Shown one piece after another: positions 1 through 9,257 of a DNA stretch of 64,000 bases; the stretch's first letter is position 1; every line of letters begins with the position of its first letter. Made by a program: the position numbers and the translations under genes. The DNA comes from Kiritimatiellia bacterium (lineage in GTDB: Bacteria > Verrucomicrobiota > Kiritimatiellia > RFP12 > UBA1067): positions 160,001 through 224,000 of the forward strand of contig JBMNFY010000010.1 of assembly GCA_050949565.1 (NCBI GenBank). Reading direction: 5' to 3'. Below the pieces are notes generated by a model. It was not told the origin of the DNA and did not search any database. It saw nothing but the letters and a program-made list of their open reading frames with translations.

Positions 1-95
1 AGACGGCGCGCCGTCTCTATCTCGGACAGAATTTCAGAATGTAACCAAACTAACAAGCCCGCTCCCATGCGGGACAACCAAGGAGGATGCCACCT

Positions 96-419
96 ATGCC
101 AGTTATGCCCATTGAAGTGACGATTCGTCAGCAAGATGCACCGCCCGGAATCAAGAGATATGCGGAACTCCGCGCGACCAAGTTGGTAGAGGAGTTCCCA
201 AGAATCGAGAGCGTGCGCGTGGTCGTGGATATGCAGCGCCATATGTACGAGGCGCAGGTCGTTGCGCAACAGAAGAACCTGACAGCGGTCGGTAGCAAAG
301 AGTTTGCCGATAACGCGCGCGCGGCGATCGACACGGCCGTGGCGCGTGTTGAAAAGCAACTGCGCAAGACGATTCGCAAGCGCAAACATTCGTATACACG
401 GGTCGCGAGCAGGAAGTAA
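96..419 (+). CDS. hpf: Ribosome hibernation promoting factor (HPF/RaiA family)
   Basis: IEVTIR...YAELRATKL...IESVRVVV...AAIDTAVARVEKQLRK matches the HPF fold. RBS AGGAGG at 81-86. Start is uncertain among ATG 87, 96 and 105. Lies upstream of hprK, as is typical. Confidence 0.85.
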   Translation: MPVMPIEVTIRQQDAPPGIKRYAELRATKLVEEFPRIESVRVVVDMQRHMYEAQVVAQQKNLTAVGSKEFADNARAAIDTAVARVEKQLRKTIRKRKHSYTRVASRK

Positions 420-1381
420 TGGCGGGACCGAAGCAGAGCCAAGCCCGGCCGTCACGCGTTACGGTCGGCCAGTTTTTTGAGGCCGGCCGTGAACGGCTTG
501 GCTTGGAACTGGTGACGGGACGGATCGGTCTGCGACGGGTAATTGTTGAGCCTGTCGCACACCGCCCCGGTCTCGCCTTGTCGGGTTTTTACCGGCACTT
601 CGCGCACAAGCGCATCCAAGTGATCGGTATGGCAGAGTTCGAGTATCTCTCGTCCATGCCCGAGGCGCAGCGCGTGCAGCGCCTTGAAGAGTTGTTTGCA
701 AAAAAAATCCCGTGCATCGTCTTTACGCGCGGCAAGCGCATTTTCCCAGAAGTGGAGCGCTTGGCCAAGCGTAACAACGTCTGTGTGCTGCGGACAAACA
801 TGGTGACGCGCCACTTTGTCCATTCCGTCTCCTTTGTGCTGGAGGAGCTGTACGCGCCGCGGTGCAAGGTTCACGGAACGATGTTGGAGGTGGCGGGAGT
901 CGGCGTCTTCATTGAGGGCGCGGCCGGGCTCGGCAAAAGCGAGACCGCGCTGGGGCTAATCAAGCGGGGGCATGCGCTGGTCGCGGACGACCTGACGCAG
1001 TTCCGGCGTGACAGCAACAACACCCTGCTGGGGTCGGCTTTGCCGGTGACCCAGTACTTCATGGAGATCCGCGGGATCGGGATTATCCACGTGCCTTCTA
1101 TTTTCGGCGTGGCGGCGGTGCGTGGCGAGAAACAGGTGGACCTGGTGGTGACGCTGAAACGGCAGGGCGAGGCCGATGCCGAGTTGGACCGCACAGGAAT
1201 GGATGATTTACGTCGTGAATTTCTCGGTGTGGAGGTGCCGCAATTGGTTATCCCCGTGGCTCTAGGCCGTGATCTGGTGAATCTGGTGGAGACGGCGGCG
1301 CAAGAACACAAGGTTCGATCATCGGGGTTTGTCGCGGTGAGCGAGTTGGAGTCGCGGATTAAGCGACACCATTCCACATAG
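419..1381 (+). CDS. hprK: HPr(Ser) kinase/phosphorylase
   Basis: HRPGLALSGF, Walker A GAAGLGKSETAL, LVADD, MEIRGIGII motifs. Confidence 0.96.
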   Translation: MAGPKQSQARPSRVTVGQFFEAGRERLGLELVTGRIGLRRVIVEPVAHRPGLALSGFYRHFAHKRIQVIGMAEFEYLSSMPEAQRVQRLEELFAKKIPCIVFTRGKRIFPEVERLAKRNNVCVLRTNMVTRHFVHSVSFVLEELYAPRCKVHGTMLEVAGVGVFIEGAAGLGKSETALGLIKRGHALVADDLTQFRRDSNNTLLGSALPVTQYFMEIRGIGIIHVPSIFGVAAVRGEKQVDLVVTLKRQGEADAELDRTGMDDLRREFLGVEVPQLVIPVALGRDLVNLVETAAQEHKVRSSGFVAVSELESRIKRHHST

Positions 1382-1395
1382 AGGAGAGCGGGAAA

Positions 1396-1692
1396 GTGGC
1401 CAAGACTACTACAAACAAAGAAACCCGGGAATTCGTGCTGCTGAATAAATACGGCATGCATGTCCGTCCGGCGGGACTTTTCGCCAAGGTGGCATCACGC
1501 TTCAATGCTGAAGTCGATGTCGAAAAGGACGGAACCGTCGTGTCCGGCAAGAGCATTATGGCCTTGATGACGCTGGAAGCAGTGTGCGGCACCAAGCTTA
1601 AGGTTACGGCATCCGGTCCGCAGTCGCACGATGTACTTGATGAGTTGGAGGCGCTGGTCGCCCGTAAGTTCGATATTCCCGATGAACAGTGA
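1396..1692 (+). CDS. ptsH: Phosphocarrier protein HPr
   Basis: GMHVRPA (His15) and GKSIMALM (Ser46) motifs; RBS upstream of GTG. Confidence 0.96.
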   Translation: MAKTTTNKETREFVLLNKYGMHVRPAGLFAKVASRFNAEVDVEKDGTVVSGKSIMALMTLEAVCGTKLKVTASGPQSHDVLDELEALVARKFDIPDEQ

Positions 1693-3493
1693 CACACATG
1701 CCGCCTGCGATACCGCGCGTGACGAGATGCGCGTAATGACAGGACTAGCCGTTTCCCGTGGATTCGTCATGGGGCCGGCCTTTCTGTATCGTGCCGGTTC
1801 CAGCGAGCAGGTGCCGGAATACCGGATCGAGCCGGAACAGGTCGAACATGAAGTGGCACGGCTGGTGGATGCGTTTGCGTTGACGCGGACGCAGATCAAT
1901 ACGCTGGCGCAGGAGTTGAAAAAACGCATCAACGGTGATGAAGCCTCCATTTTTGACGGTCATCTGATGATTCTTGATGATCCGACTCTACAGAGTACCT
2001 GCAAAGAAAAAATCGTTAAAGACCTGCGTAACGCCGAGGCAGCGGTCAAGCAGGTTGCCGACACCTACTCGTCCATTTTCGATGCGATGGACGACTCCTA
2101 TTTGCGCGAGCGTGCGCAGGATGTCGGCGATATCGTAAAACGTATTCTGCGTAATTTGTCGGGCGTCGGCAGTGATGCGTCTGCGTTGCGCGTGGAGTAT
2201 CCGTGCATCGTGGTGGCAGACGAACTCTCGCCCTCTGAGGCAATTTCGCTCCCCAAGCATCAGATCCTCGGGTTTGCCACCGACCGCGGTAGTACCACGT
2301 CGCACGCTTCATTGCTGGCGCGTGCGCTGGGTATTCCCGCCGTGGTCGGACTGGGCGCGCTTTCGGCACACGTCAAGAGCGGTGACCTGCTGTTGCTCGA
2401 TGGGACGCGCGGCAAGGTGGTCGTCAATCCGGACAGTGAAGAGCGCGCAGCCTTTGAAAAAATGATGGCCCGCTCGCGGACGCTGACAGAGTCGCTGGAA
2501 CAAGCCACGATGCAACCGGGGCGCACACTGGATGTCCGCCCTGTGCCGTTTTTAGCGAATGTCGACAGCAGTACGGCGCTGGCCGATCTGCATACGGCCG
2601 GTGCCGAGGGAATCGGCCTCTACCGCACTGAGTACTTGTGGCTGCAAGAAGACCGCGAGCCGAGCGAGGAGGAGCAGACGCAGGCATATACGGAGGTGGC
2701 GCGCGCTTTGCCGGACGGACAAGCGGTTGCTATACGCGTGTTGGATCTGGGCGGCGACAAGATGCCCAAAAGCGGCGGCATAATGCACAGAGAGGCCAAT
2801 CCGTTCCTGGGTAACCGCTCGATCCGCTTCCTTTTGCGCAATCCCGATGTCTTTCATCGCCAACTGCGTGCCGTTCTGCGCGCCAGCGCGCACGGCAACG
2901 TGCAGATCCTGTACCCGATGGTCACGACGATTGATGAACTGCATGCCGCCAACATGGAACTGCACACCTGCATGGCTGAACTGAAGGCCCAAGGCATCCC
3001 CTTTGACGAATCGATCCAGCGTGGTGTGATGATCGAAGTTCCGGCTGCGGCACTGATCGCGGATGCGCTGGCCAAGGAGTGCGAGTTTTTCTCGATCGGT
3101 ACCAACGACCTGATCCAGTACACGCTGGCTGTTGACCGCGTGAATGAAACGGTCGCGCGTCTCTATCAACCGACACATCCGGCCGTGCTGCAATTGATCG
3201 ACCTTGCTGTGACGGCCGCGCATGCCAACGGCCTGAGGGTTTCGGTGTGCGGCGAAACGGCGGCCGATCCGGTGATGGCGATGTTATTTATCGGCATGGG
3301 CGTGGATGAACTCAGCATGTCGCCGAATCTCATCCGCCTTGTGAAACGGGCCATCAGCCAGATTTCGTTTGCCGACGCCAAGGCGCTGGCCGACAGTGTA
3401 CGGCGCATGATGGGCACACCGGCCGACCAGATTTACGCTTTCTGTCGTAACCAGCTCATCAAGCTGGTACCGGATCTTCTCTATTTACAGTGA
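1682..3493 (+). CDS. ptsI: PEP-protein phosphotransferase (PTS enzyme I)
   Basis: TSHASLLAR phospho-His, EGIGLYRTE, REANPFLG, MIEVP, FSIGTNDL, CGE motifs. Start taken at ATG 1682, overlapping the ptsH end. Confidence 0.96.
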   Translation: MNSDTHAACDTARDEMRVMTGLAVSRGFVMGPAFLYRAGSSEQVPEYRIEPEQVEHEVARLVDAFALTRTQINTLAQELKKRINGDEASIFDGHLMILDDPTLQSTCKEKIVKDLRNAEAAVKQVADTYSSIFDAMDDSYLRERAQDVGDIVKRILRNLSGVGSDASALRVEYPCIVVADELSPSEAISLPKHQILGFATDRGSTTSHASLLARALGIPAVVGLGALSAHVKSGDLLLLDGTRGKVVVNPDSEERAAFEKMMARSRTLTESLEQATMQPGRTLDVRPVPFLANVDSSTALADLHTAGAEGIGLYRTEYLWLQEDREPSEEEQTQAYTEVARALPDGQAVAIRVLDLGGDKMPKSGGIMHREANPFLGNRSIRFLLRNPDVFHRQLRAVLRASAHGNVQILYPMVTTIDELHAANMELHTCMAELKAQGIPFDESIQRGVMIEVPAAALIADALAKECEFFSIGTNDLIQYTLAVDRVNETVARLYQPTHPAVLQLIDLAVTAAHANGLRVSVCGETAADPVMAMLFIGMGVDELSMSPNLIRLVKRAISQISFADAKALADSVRRMMGTPADQIYAFCRNQLIKLVPDLLYLQ

Positions 3494-4143
3494 AGAAATC
3501 ACAAACAAAAATTATCGCGGCAGATGATCCTGTCAGCACGCGCCAGAAGATATTGGACGCTGCGGCCGAAACCTTCGCCGAGCACGGCTTCCGCGCCGCC
3601 ACGACGCGCATGATTTGCGCGAAGGCCGGAGTTAACGTTGCGCTCGTGAATTACTACTTTCATTCCAAGGCTGAGCTTTACAAGGCGGTGATCGCGACCC
3701 TGTTCGAAAATATGGGCAAGACACTGCTGACAATCCCCGACACCGTTACTGATGCAGCCTCGTGGCAGCGGGCCGTGCGGACGTGGGTGGCACGTTCACT
3801 GCAAATTTGCGCGGCGCAAAAACCGCCCGAACTCTGGGTGGCGCGTCTGATGGCGCTTGAAGAGTGCGTGCCGTCAGACCTGACGTACGATATCGAAGAA
3901 AAGTTCGCCAAACCGGTGCGCCAATGCTTCCTGCGTCTCTTGCGCATGGGCTTGCAGGATGACGACCCCGTGACGCTTGCCCTCTGGGCCAGCAACATCC
4001 AATCGCAATGCGTGATCTACGCCTTGACCAAGCAAGGGTGGGGGGCGCGGTTCCGTCCGCCGGACGTGAGCCATGAGGAGTGGATCAAGCGCCTCGAAGA
4101 TCACATTTGCGACGGCATCTTCCAGCGCTTGAAGTATAGCTGA
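3490..4143 (+). CDS. TetR/AcrR family transcriptional regulator (CecR/YbiH-like)
   Basis: N-terminal TetR HTH: RQKILDAAAETFAEHGF...ICAKAGVNVALVNYYFHSKAELY. Confidence 0.9.
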   Translation: MKKSQTKIIAADDPVSTRQKILDAAAETFAEHGFRAATTRMICAKAGVNVALVNYYFHSKAELYKAVIATLFENMGKTLLTIPDTVTDAASWQRAVRTWVARSLQICAAQKPPELWVARLMALEECVPSDLTYDIEEKFAKPVRQCFLRLLRMGLQDDDPVTLALWASNIQSQCVIYALTKQGWGARFRPPDVSHEEWIKRLEDHICDGIFQRLKYS

Positions 4144-4149
4144 CGCGCG

Positions 4150-5157
4150 TTACTTCGCGGCCGCTGCCGGAGCAGCTGGCTTTGCATCCGCCGCCGGAGC
4201 CGGAGCGGGAGCAGGCTTTGCTGCTGCGGGAGTCGGCTTTGCCGGTTCTGCCGGAACTGCCGCTGTCGGCTTGGCTACCGGAGCAGGTGCAGGTGCCGGT
4301 TTCGCATCCGCCGCGGGAGCAGGTGCCGGTGTCGCTGCAGCGGGCGCCGCCGGAGCGGGCGCAGGCACCGGTACCGCCGGAACTGCGACCGGAGGTGTCG
4401 TTGCAGGCACGGTGATCGGGGCTGGCGCGTCAACAGCCTTGGCGGCCTCATTGGCAGCGTCAAACAGCGAACGTTCCGCACGCGGCTCGTAACGGGTGAT
4501 CACCCCTTCGAGGTTGGCGATTGCCATTTCCCAGACGGCGTCGTCCGTTTTTTCAGCTTTCAGGTTTTCGAGGAGTTTTTTTGCCTCATCCTTCTTGCCT
4601 TGCAGGGTCATGACGCGGGCGATTCCCATAACGGCCTGGGGACGCAGAAAATGGTTGGCGTAGTTCTTCTCAAATGTCTGGAAAGCCTGTAACGCCTCGT
4701 CCAGCCGGTTGAGACCTTCCAGCGTATGTGCACGCCCCAACTCCGCAATCTCTTTAAAGCCAGCCGGTGCGCCCTTGCGCAGGCAGAGATCGTACGCTTG
4801 CAGCGCCTCTTCATATTTCGACGCATCAAAATACGCTTTGGCCAGCCGCATCCGCGTCGCATTCCCGGCCTTGGTCGAGCCGTATTTTGCGACTGCTGCC
4901 TCCAACTCATCCAACGAATTGGCCCTGAGCAGTTCCTGATTGGCAGCGGCGATCTTGCCTGTGCGCACGCGCTTGAACGTGAGCGCACCGCTCAACAGCA
5001 CCGCCGCGACAGCCAATGTAATCAAAAACTGCTTGCCGTTCGCCTTCCACCAATCATAGAGGGGCAACAACTCTTCCGGCAGGTTCTCAGGGATCGGCAC
5101 CTCCACCGGTTTGGGTGTCTCAGGTGCGACGCTCTTCTTTCCGCTTTTTCCGCTCAT
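4150..5157 (-). CDS. Membrane-anchored TPR protein (YfgM-like) with Pro/Ala-rich C-terminal tail
   Basis: WWKANGK followed by a TM helix and TPR-like helices (LAKAYFDASKYEEALQAY), then about 100 aa of PA-rich low complexity. Start ATG 5157 inferred. Confidence 0.7.
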   Translation of the reverse strand: MSGKSGKKSVAPETPKPVEVPIPENLPEELLPLYDWWKANGKQFLITLAVAAVLLSGALTFKRVRTGKIAAANQELLRANSLDELEAAVAKYGSTKAGNATRMRLAKAYFDASKYEEALQAYDLCLRKGAPAGFKEIAELGRAHTLEGLNRLDEALQAFQTFEKNYANHFLRPQAVMGIARVMTLQGKKDEAKKLLENLKAEKTDDAVWEMAIANLEGVITRYEPRAERSLFDAANEAAKAVDAPAPITVPATTPPVAVPAVPVPAPAPAAPAAATPAPAPAADAKPAPAPAPVAKPTAAVPAEPAKPTPAAAKPAPAPAPAADAKPAAPAAAAK

Positions 5158-5236
5158 GTAAATCGCCTTTTGGTAATTGAAAGTGGCCGACATTATCAAC
5201 AATTTCGCATGAAAGATGCAAGTCAAAACCCTACCT

Positions 5237-6586
5237 TTAAATAATCACCGCACCGAGTTTAGCCAGATTTTCCCTTACGGCCTTCGCAGATATCTGCGGT
5301 ACGGTTTTTGAACCTGAGACCGCCAACGCAGCCGCGACTCCGGCGGCTTCACCGGTCTGATTGAGATTGACCATCACCCGCACGGCACCGAACGCAACGC
5401 GGTCAGCCGAAATCATGCGGCCAGCCAACACAAGATTCGGACTTTTGTCGCTTACCATCGTCGAAAAGGGGATTTGATAAAAATCACCCTTTAAACGCTG
5501 GAACTTGTATGTGCCGGTCTTAGGGTCATGGATGTCGACGGGATAAGTCCCGTTGGCGATCGCGTCCTCGAAGCGTCTGCATGCAAGCACATCCTCACCG
5601 GTTAACGTGTAGTTGGCGCTAAATGATCTCGTTTCGCGAATGCCGAGCGATGATGGCAGATCAAGCAGGCAGGGCTTATTAAACTCTCCGCCATATTTTC
5701 GTGCGATGTTCATATAGACACGAACTTGACGTCGCCCTTCGATCTCGGCGGCTGTCAACTGATCTGCATCGGTGGCGACCGTATCGAAGACATGACGATA
5801 CGCGCACATTTTAACTCCGCTGGAGCTCGGGATTTCCGCATCCCATGTGGCGTCTGGCACCAGCCCGAACTCCTCCCGATGCACGTCAATCAGCTTACGG
5901 ATATTTTTAGGCAACCCGATGATTTTCGCACAGGTGGTCGGCGGCTGTAGGCCATCGCGTATTTCAAACGGTAGCCCGGCGTGCATCGCCAGATCGCCAT
6001 CGCCGGTAGCATCGATAAAGACCTTCGCCCTGATTGCCTGGCGTCCATTTTTATTCTCGATGAAAACCGCGTTGATCTGGTTGTGCTGCAGTTGCGCACC
6101 GACATAAACCGTATTGAGATACGGGGTGATTTTATGTTCCAACACAAGTGCATCAAGCTCAATTTTCAACTCTTCAGTATTGAGATAAAATCCGTGGGCA
6201 TCTGAATTTACCGCCCCAAGCAGTTCGAGCTTTTTGATCACCTGCTCGGTCAATCCGCCGATGATCTGCTTTCTGTCTTGGCTATTGCTGATGAGTTTGT
6301 GCCAGACGTTGACGATGCCTGCGGTGGCCATGCCGCCAAATGCGTTCTGTTTTTCAACCAGTGCTACACGAGCGCCCATCTGCGCCGCCCGAACGGCGGC
6401 AAAGACACCCGTGCAGCCACCGCCTAGCACACACACGTCACACGCTTTCACGACAGGAACTTTGCGCGGTTTTTCTTCGATTGAATCAAGCGATGGAGTC
6501 TGTTGCAAAACCATCGTCTCCTGCGCCAGCGCCCTCATTCCCGTCACAGCCAAAGCCGTCGTACTCAAAAATGTTCTTCTGTTCAT
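5237..6586 (-). CDS. Tat-exported FAD-dependent oxidoreductase
   Basis: NRRTFL twin-arginine signal; DVCVLGGGCTG dinucleotide-binding motif; FIDATGDGDLA; YQIPF...LAGRMIS. Confidence 0.88.
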   Translation of the reverse strand: MNRRTFLSTTALAVTGMRALAQETMVLQQTPSLDSIEEKPRKVPVVKACDVCVLGGGCTGVFAAVRAAQMGARVALVEKQNAFGGMATAGIVNVWHKLISNSQDRKQIIGGLTEQVIKKLELLGAVNSDAHGFYLNTEELKIELDALVLEHKITPYLNTVYVGAQLQHNQINAVFIENKNGRQAIRAKVFIDATGDGDLAMHAGLPFEIRDGLQPPTTCAKIIGLPKNIRKLIDVHREEFGLVPDATWDAEIPSSSGVKMCAYRHVFDTVATDADQLTAAEIEGRRQVRVYMNIARKYGGEFNKPCLLDLPSSLGIRETRSFSANYTLTGEDVLACRRFEDAIANGTYPVDIHDPKTGTYKFQRLKGDFYQIPFSTMVSDKSPNLVLAGRMISADRVAFGAVRVMVNLNQTGEAAGVAAALAVSGSKTVPQISAKAVRENLAKLGAVII

Positions 6587-6613
6587 TTCTACTCCTTCTC
6601 TTTTTTTGACGTT

Positions 6614-7999
6614 TCAATTAACGCAAATGGGCTTCTTTTCGCATGTGTCGTCTTCTTTGATTTCAACGCGCAGGTAGACGAGGCCCTTGTTGAGGATCAT
6701 GGCGACGCCGCTGACGCCGGGGGCGCTGTCGGTGAAGCTGATGTAGGGCGGGTTGATGTTGAACGCCGTGTCGAGAAAAATGGGTTGTATTGCGGCGAAG
6801 GCCTCGGTAGCCGACGGCTCGGGCGTGGCGGGTTTGAGATGCCACGAGCGCATGCACAGCAGGGGCAGCGCTGCGACTGCGCAGTCGGGATGTGCGAAGA
6901 GCACGATCTCCAGCGGCTTCACACCACGGAAGAGGGCGAACCCGGTGGCCTCCTGCGGCAGTTCGGGCAGGGCGGGCTCCGGCATGACGGCATCGGCCAT
7001 GAAAACCGGCTTGCGCCGCTTGGACGAGCCGCGCTCGGCTTTTACGACGTAAAGCAACTCTTTCTCCACGAGTCCGGGCGCGAACACAGAGTCGTGCAGA
7101 ACCCGGACGCGACCGAGCGTTGTGTCGAGCACCTCATGCTGTACCGCCAACACGCAGTGTCCTTGCTCTACCCTCATCTGCAGTTTGCACAGGGAGTCGG
7201 TCTCCGTGCGGCAGGTGATTGCGGCGGTGCCTTCGCGTATGGCCGACGCGAGCGGCATGACTCCCGTCGGACGCACTGCGCGCAACGGCAGGACGGAGAG
7301 GTGGCCGAACGGCAGCAGCGGACCGCACGGCTTGCAGGCAATCGCGGTACGGCACTCGGCCAATTGTTCTGCAAGGCGGCGTTCGGCCTCCTCGGCCTTG
7401 CGTTTCAACTCTTCCTGACGGGCTTGTTCCGCAACCGCTACGCCGTCGGCGACCGTGCCTTTGAGCAGGCGGTAGAAAAGCTGGGTTTCGGGCCACAGGC
7501 CGCCCGCATGGAAAAGCGGCCGCATCTCGTCCCGAAATGCATCGAGCGCGGTATGCGTGTAGCGTGCCCGGTTTTGCCACAGTCCCAGAAGTTGATGGTG
7601 CCAGACCGCTTCGGTGGTGTCGGCGGAACGGCCGGCCAGATCGGCGACCTGTTCAGCGGCCCAGACCTCCAGCCTGATTGGTGTGCGGTTGTCGGGATCG
7701 TCCGGCCCGGCCAGCCGCGCTTCCAGACGCACGATACCGCGATCAACCAGCGGTGCGAGGTAAGCGGCGTCGTGGCGCGGCAGATGCCCCGCCTGGCCAC
7801 CGCCCGGCACATAGACGGCGATGGCGTCGGCGTCGTGGGGATTGTCGGGCTGACGCTCGCAAAAGAGGGCGGTGTCGGCAGGAGGAACTGTAGCGTAGTA
7901 GCGTCGGCCGACGATCCAGGTGGGGATCCACCCGAGCTTTTGGGGAAGTAGAGTTGGGGAGGTTTCTGGACTAAGAATCGGAGTGATTTCGGCCGACAC
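6614..7999 (-). CDS. HIRAN-domain protein with a degenerate ARPP-1/DUF6569-like C-terminal region
   Basis: HIRAN motif ERQPDNPHDADAIAVY...GHLPR. C-terminal GHLSVLPL...LASAIREG...VL...EVL...RVLHDSV resembles ARPP-1 (weaker call). RBS AAGGAGA before GTG. Confidence 0.7.
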   Translation of the reverse strand: MSAEITPILSPETSPTLLPQKLGWIPTWIVGRRYYATVPPADTALFCERQPDNPHDADAIAVYVPGGGQAGHLPRHDAAYLAPLVDRGIVRLEARLAGPDDPDNRTPIRLEVWAAEQVADLAGRSADTTEAVWHHQLLGLWQNRARYTHTALDAFRDEMRPLFHAGGLWPETQLFYRLLKGTVADGVAVAEQARQEELKRKAEEAERRLAEQLAECRTAIACKPCGPLLPFGHLSVLPLRAVRPTGVMPLASAIREGTAAITCRTETDSLCKLQMRVEQGHCVLAVQHEVLDTTLGRVRVLHDSVFAPGLVEKELLYVVKAERGSSKRRKPVFMADAVMPEPALPELPQEATGFALFRGVKPLEIVLFAHPDCAVAALPLLCMRSWHLKPATPEPSATEAFAAIQPIFLDTAFNINPPYISFTDSAPGVSGVAMILNKGLVYLRVEIKEDDTCEKKPICVN

Positions 8000-8206
8000 G
8001 GTGTTCTCCTTTTTTCAAATTGCGGTTTCCGTGGCATCTGAACGCGTCTTCATAGTGCCATAAAATCAATGGAAAAGGAAGGGGGCATTAGTGCGTTAGT
8101 GATGAAACCCGAAACCACCAACCACTGCCACTAATCTTATGACGTGGCGGGGGTTCTGTGTTACACTCTTGCTGTTTTTTTGTAACCCGTATCATTTGGT
8201 TTTCAC

Positions 8207-9238
8207 ATGATCTGTAAAAATGTTCAGGCCCTGACAGCCTACACGCCCGGTGAGCAGCCGAAAGACGCGCGTATCATCAAGCTCAACACCAACGAGAATC
8301 CCTATGCGCCGAGTCCCAAGGTGGCCGAGGCGCTGCGCACGTTTGATGCCGCCCGGTTGCGCCTCTACCCCGACCCTGTTTTCATGGCGCTGCGGCAACG
8401 GATCGCCGAGATCCATGGCTGCACGGTCGAGCAGGTTTTTGTCGGTAACGGATCGGATGAGATTCTGGCGCTCTGCACGCGCGCGTTTGTTGAGAACGAC
8501 GGCAGCGTGGGATACTTCGAGCCTTCCTATTCGCTCTATCCGGTGCTGACGGATATCCGCGGTGTGACGCGGCGTCCGGTTGCGCTGGGGCCGGGGTTCA
8601 CATGGCGTACGCCGGCGGATGACGCCGCTTCGCTCTTTTTCATCACCAACCCCAACGCGCCGACCAGCCTGATGCACGACAAGGCGTCGGTCTCCGCCTT
8701 CTGCCGCACCTTCCGCGGCGTGGTGATGATCGATGAGGCGTACGGCGACTTCGCCGACGATACCTGCATGGATCTAGCTTTGGCAGCGGACAACGCCAAC
8801 ACGCTGGTGATGCGTACGCTCTCCAAGTCCTTCTCGTTGGCGGGTCTGCGTTTCGGCTACGTGATCGGCCCGTCCGCGTTGATCGGTGCGCTCTATAAGA
8901 TCAAGGACTCGTACAACATGGACATGCTAGCGCAGCTCCTAGGCCTGGCCGCGTTGAACGACCTGCCGCACATGCAGGAGAATGTGCGGCGCATCCGCGC
9001 CACCCGCGCCCGACTGACGACGGAACTGCGTCAGCGCGGTTGGACAGTCTGCGATTCGCAAACCAACTTCCTGTTCGCGCGTCCGCCGGATGGCGACGCC
9101 GCGCGGCTCTTTGAGGCGCTCAAGACCGAGAAAATCTACGTGCGTTATTTTCCCGGCCCCGAGACGGGAGAATACTTGCGTATCACGATCGGGACCGAAT
9201 CCCAGACCGACGCGCTGTTGGCCGCGCTGGACGGCTGA
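8207..9238 (+). CDS. hisC: Histidinol-phosphate aminotransferase
   Basis: IKLNTNENPY, GNGSDE, NPNAPT, IDEAY, RTLSKSFSLAGLRFG (PLP Lys), LRITIG. Confidence 0.94.
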   Translation: MICKNVQALTAYTPGEQPKDARIIKLNTNENPYAPSPKVAEALRTFDAARLRLYPDPVFMALRQRIAEIHGCTVEQVFVGNGSDEILALCTRAFVENDGSVGYFEPSYSLYPVLTDIRGVTRRPVALGPGFTWRTPADDAASLFFITNPNAPTSLMHDKASVSAFCRTFRGVVMIDEAYGDFADDTCMDLALAADNANTLVMRTLSKSFSLAGLRFGYVIGPSALIGALYKIKDSYNMDMLAQLLGLAALNDLPHMQENVRRIRATRARLTTELRQRGWTVCDSQTNFLFARPPDGDAARLFEALKTEKIYVRYFPGPETGEYLRITIGTESQTDALLAALDG

Positions 9239-9257
9239 ACTGGACGGCTGAGCCCGG

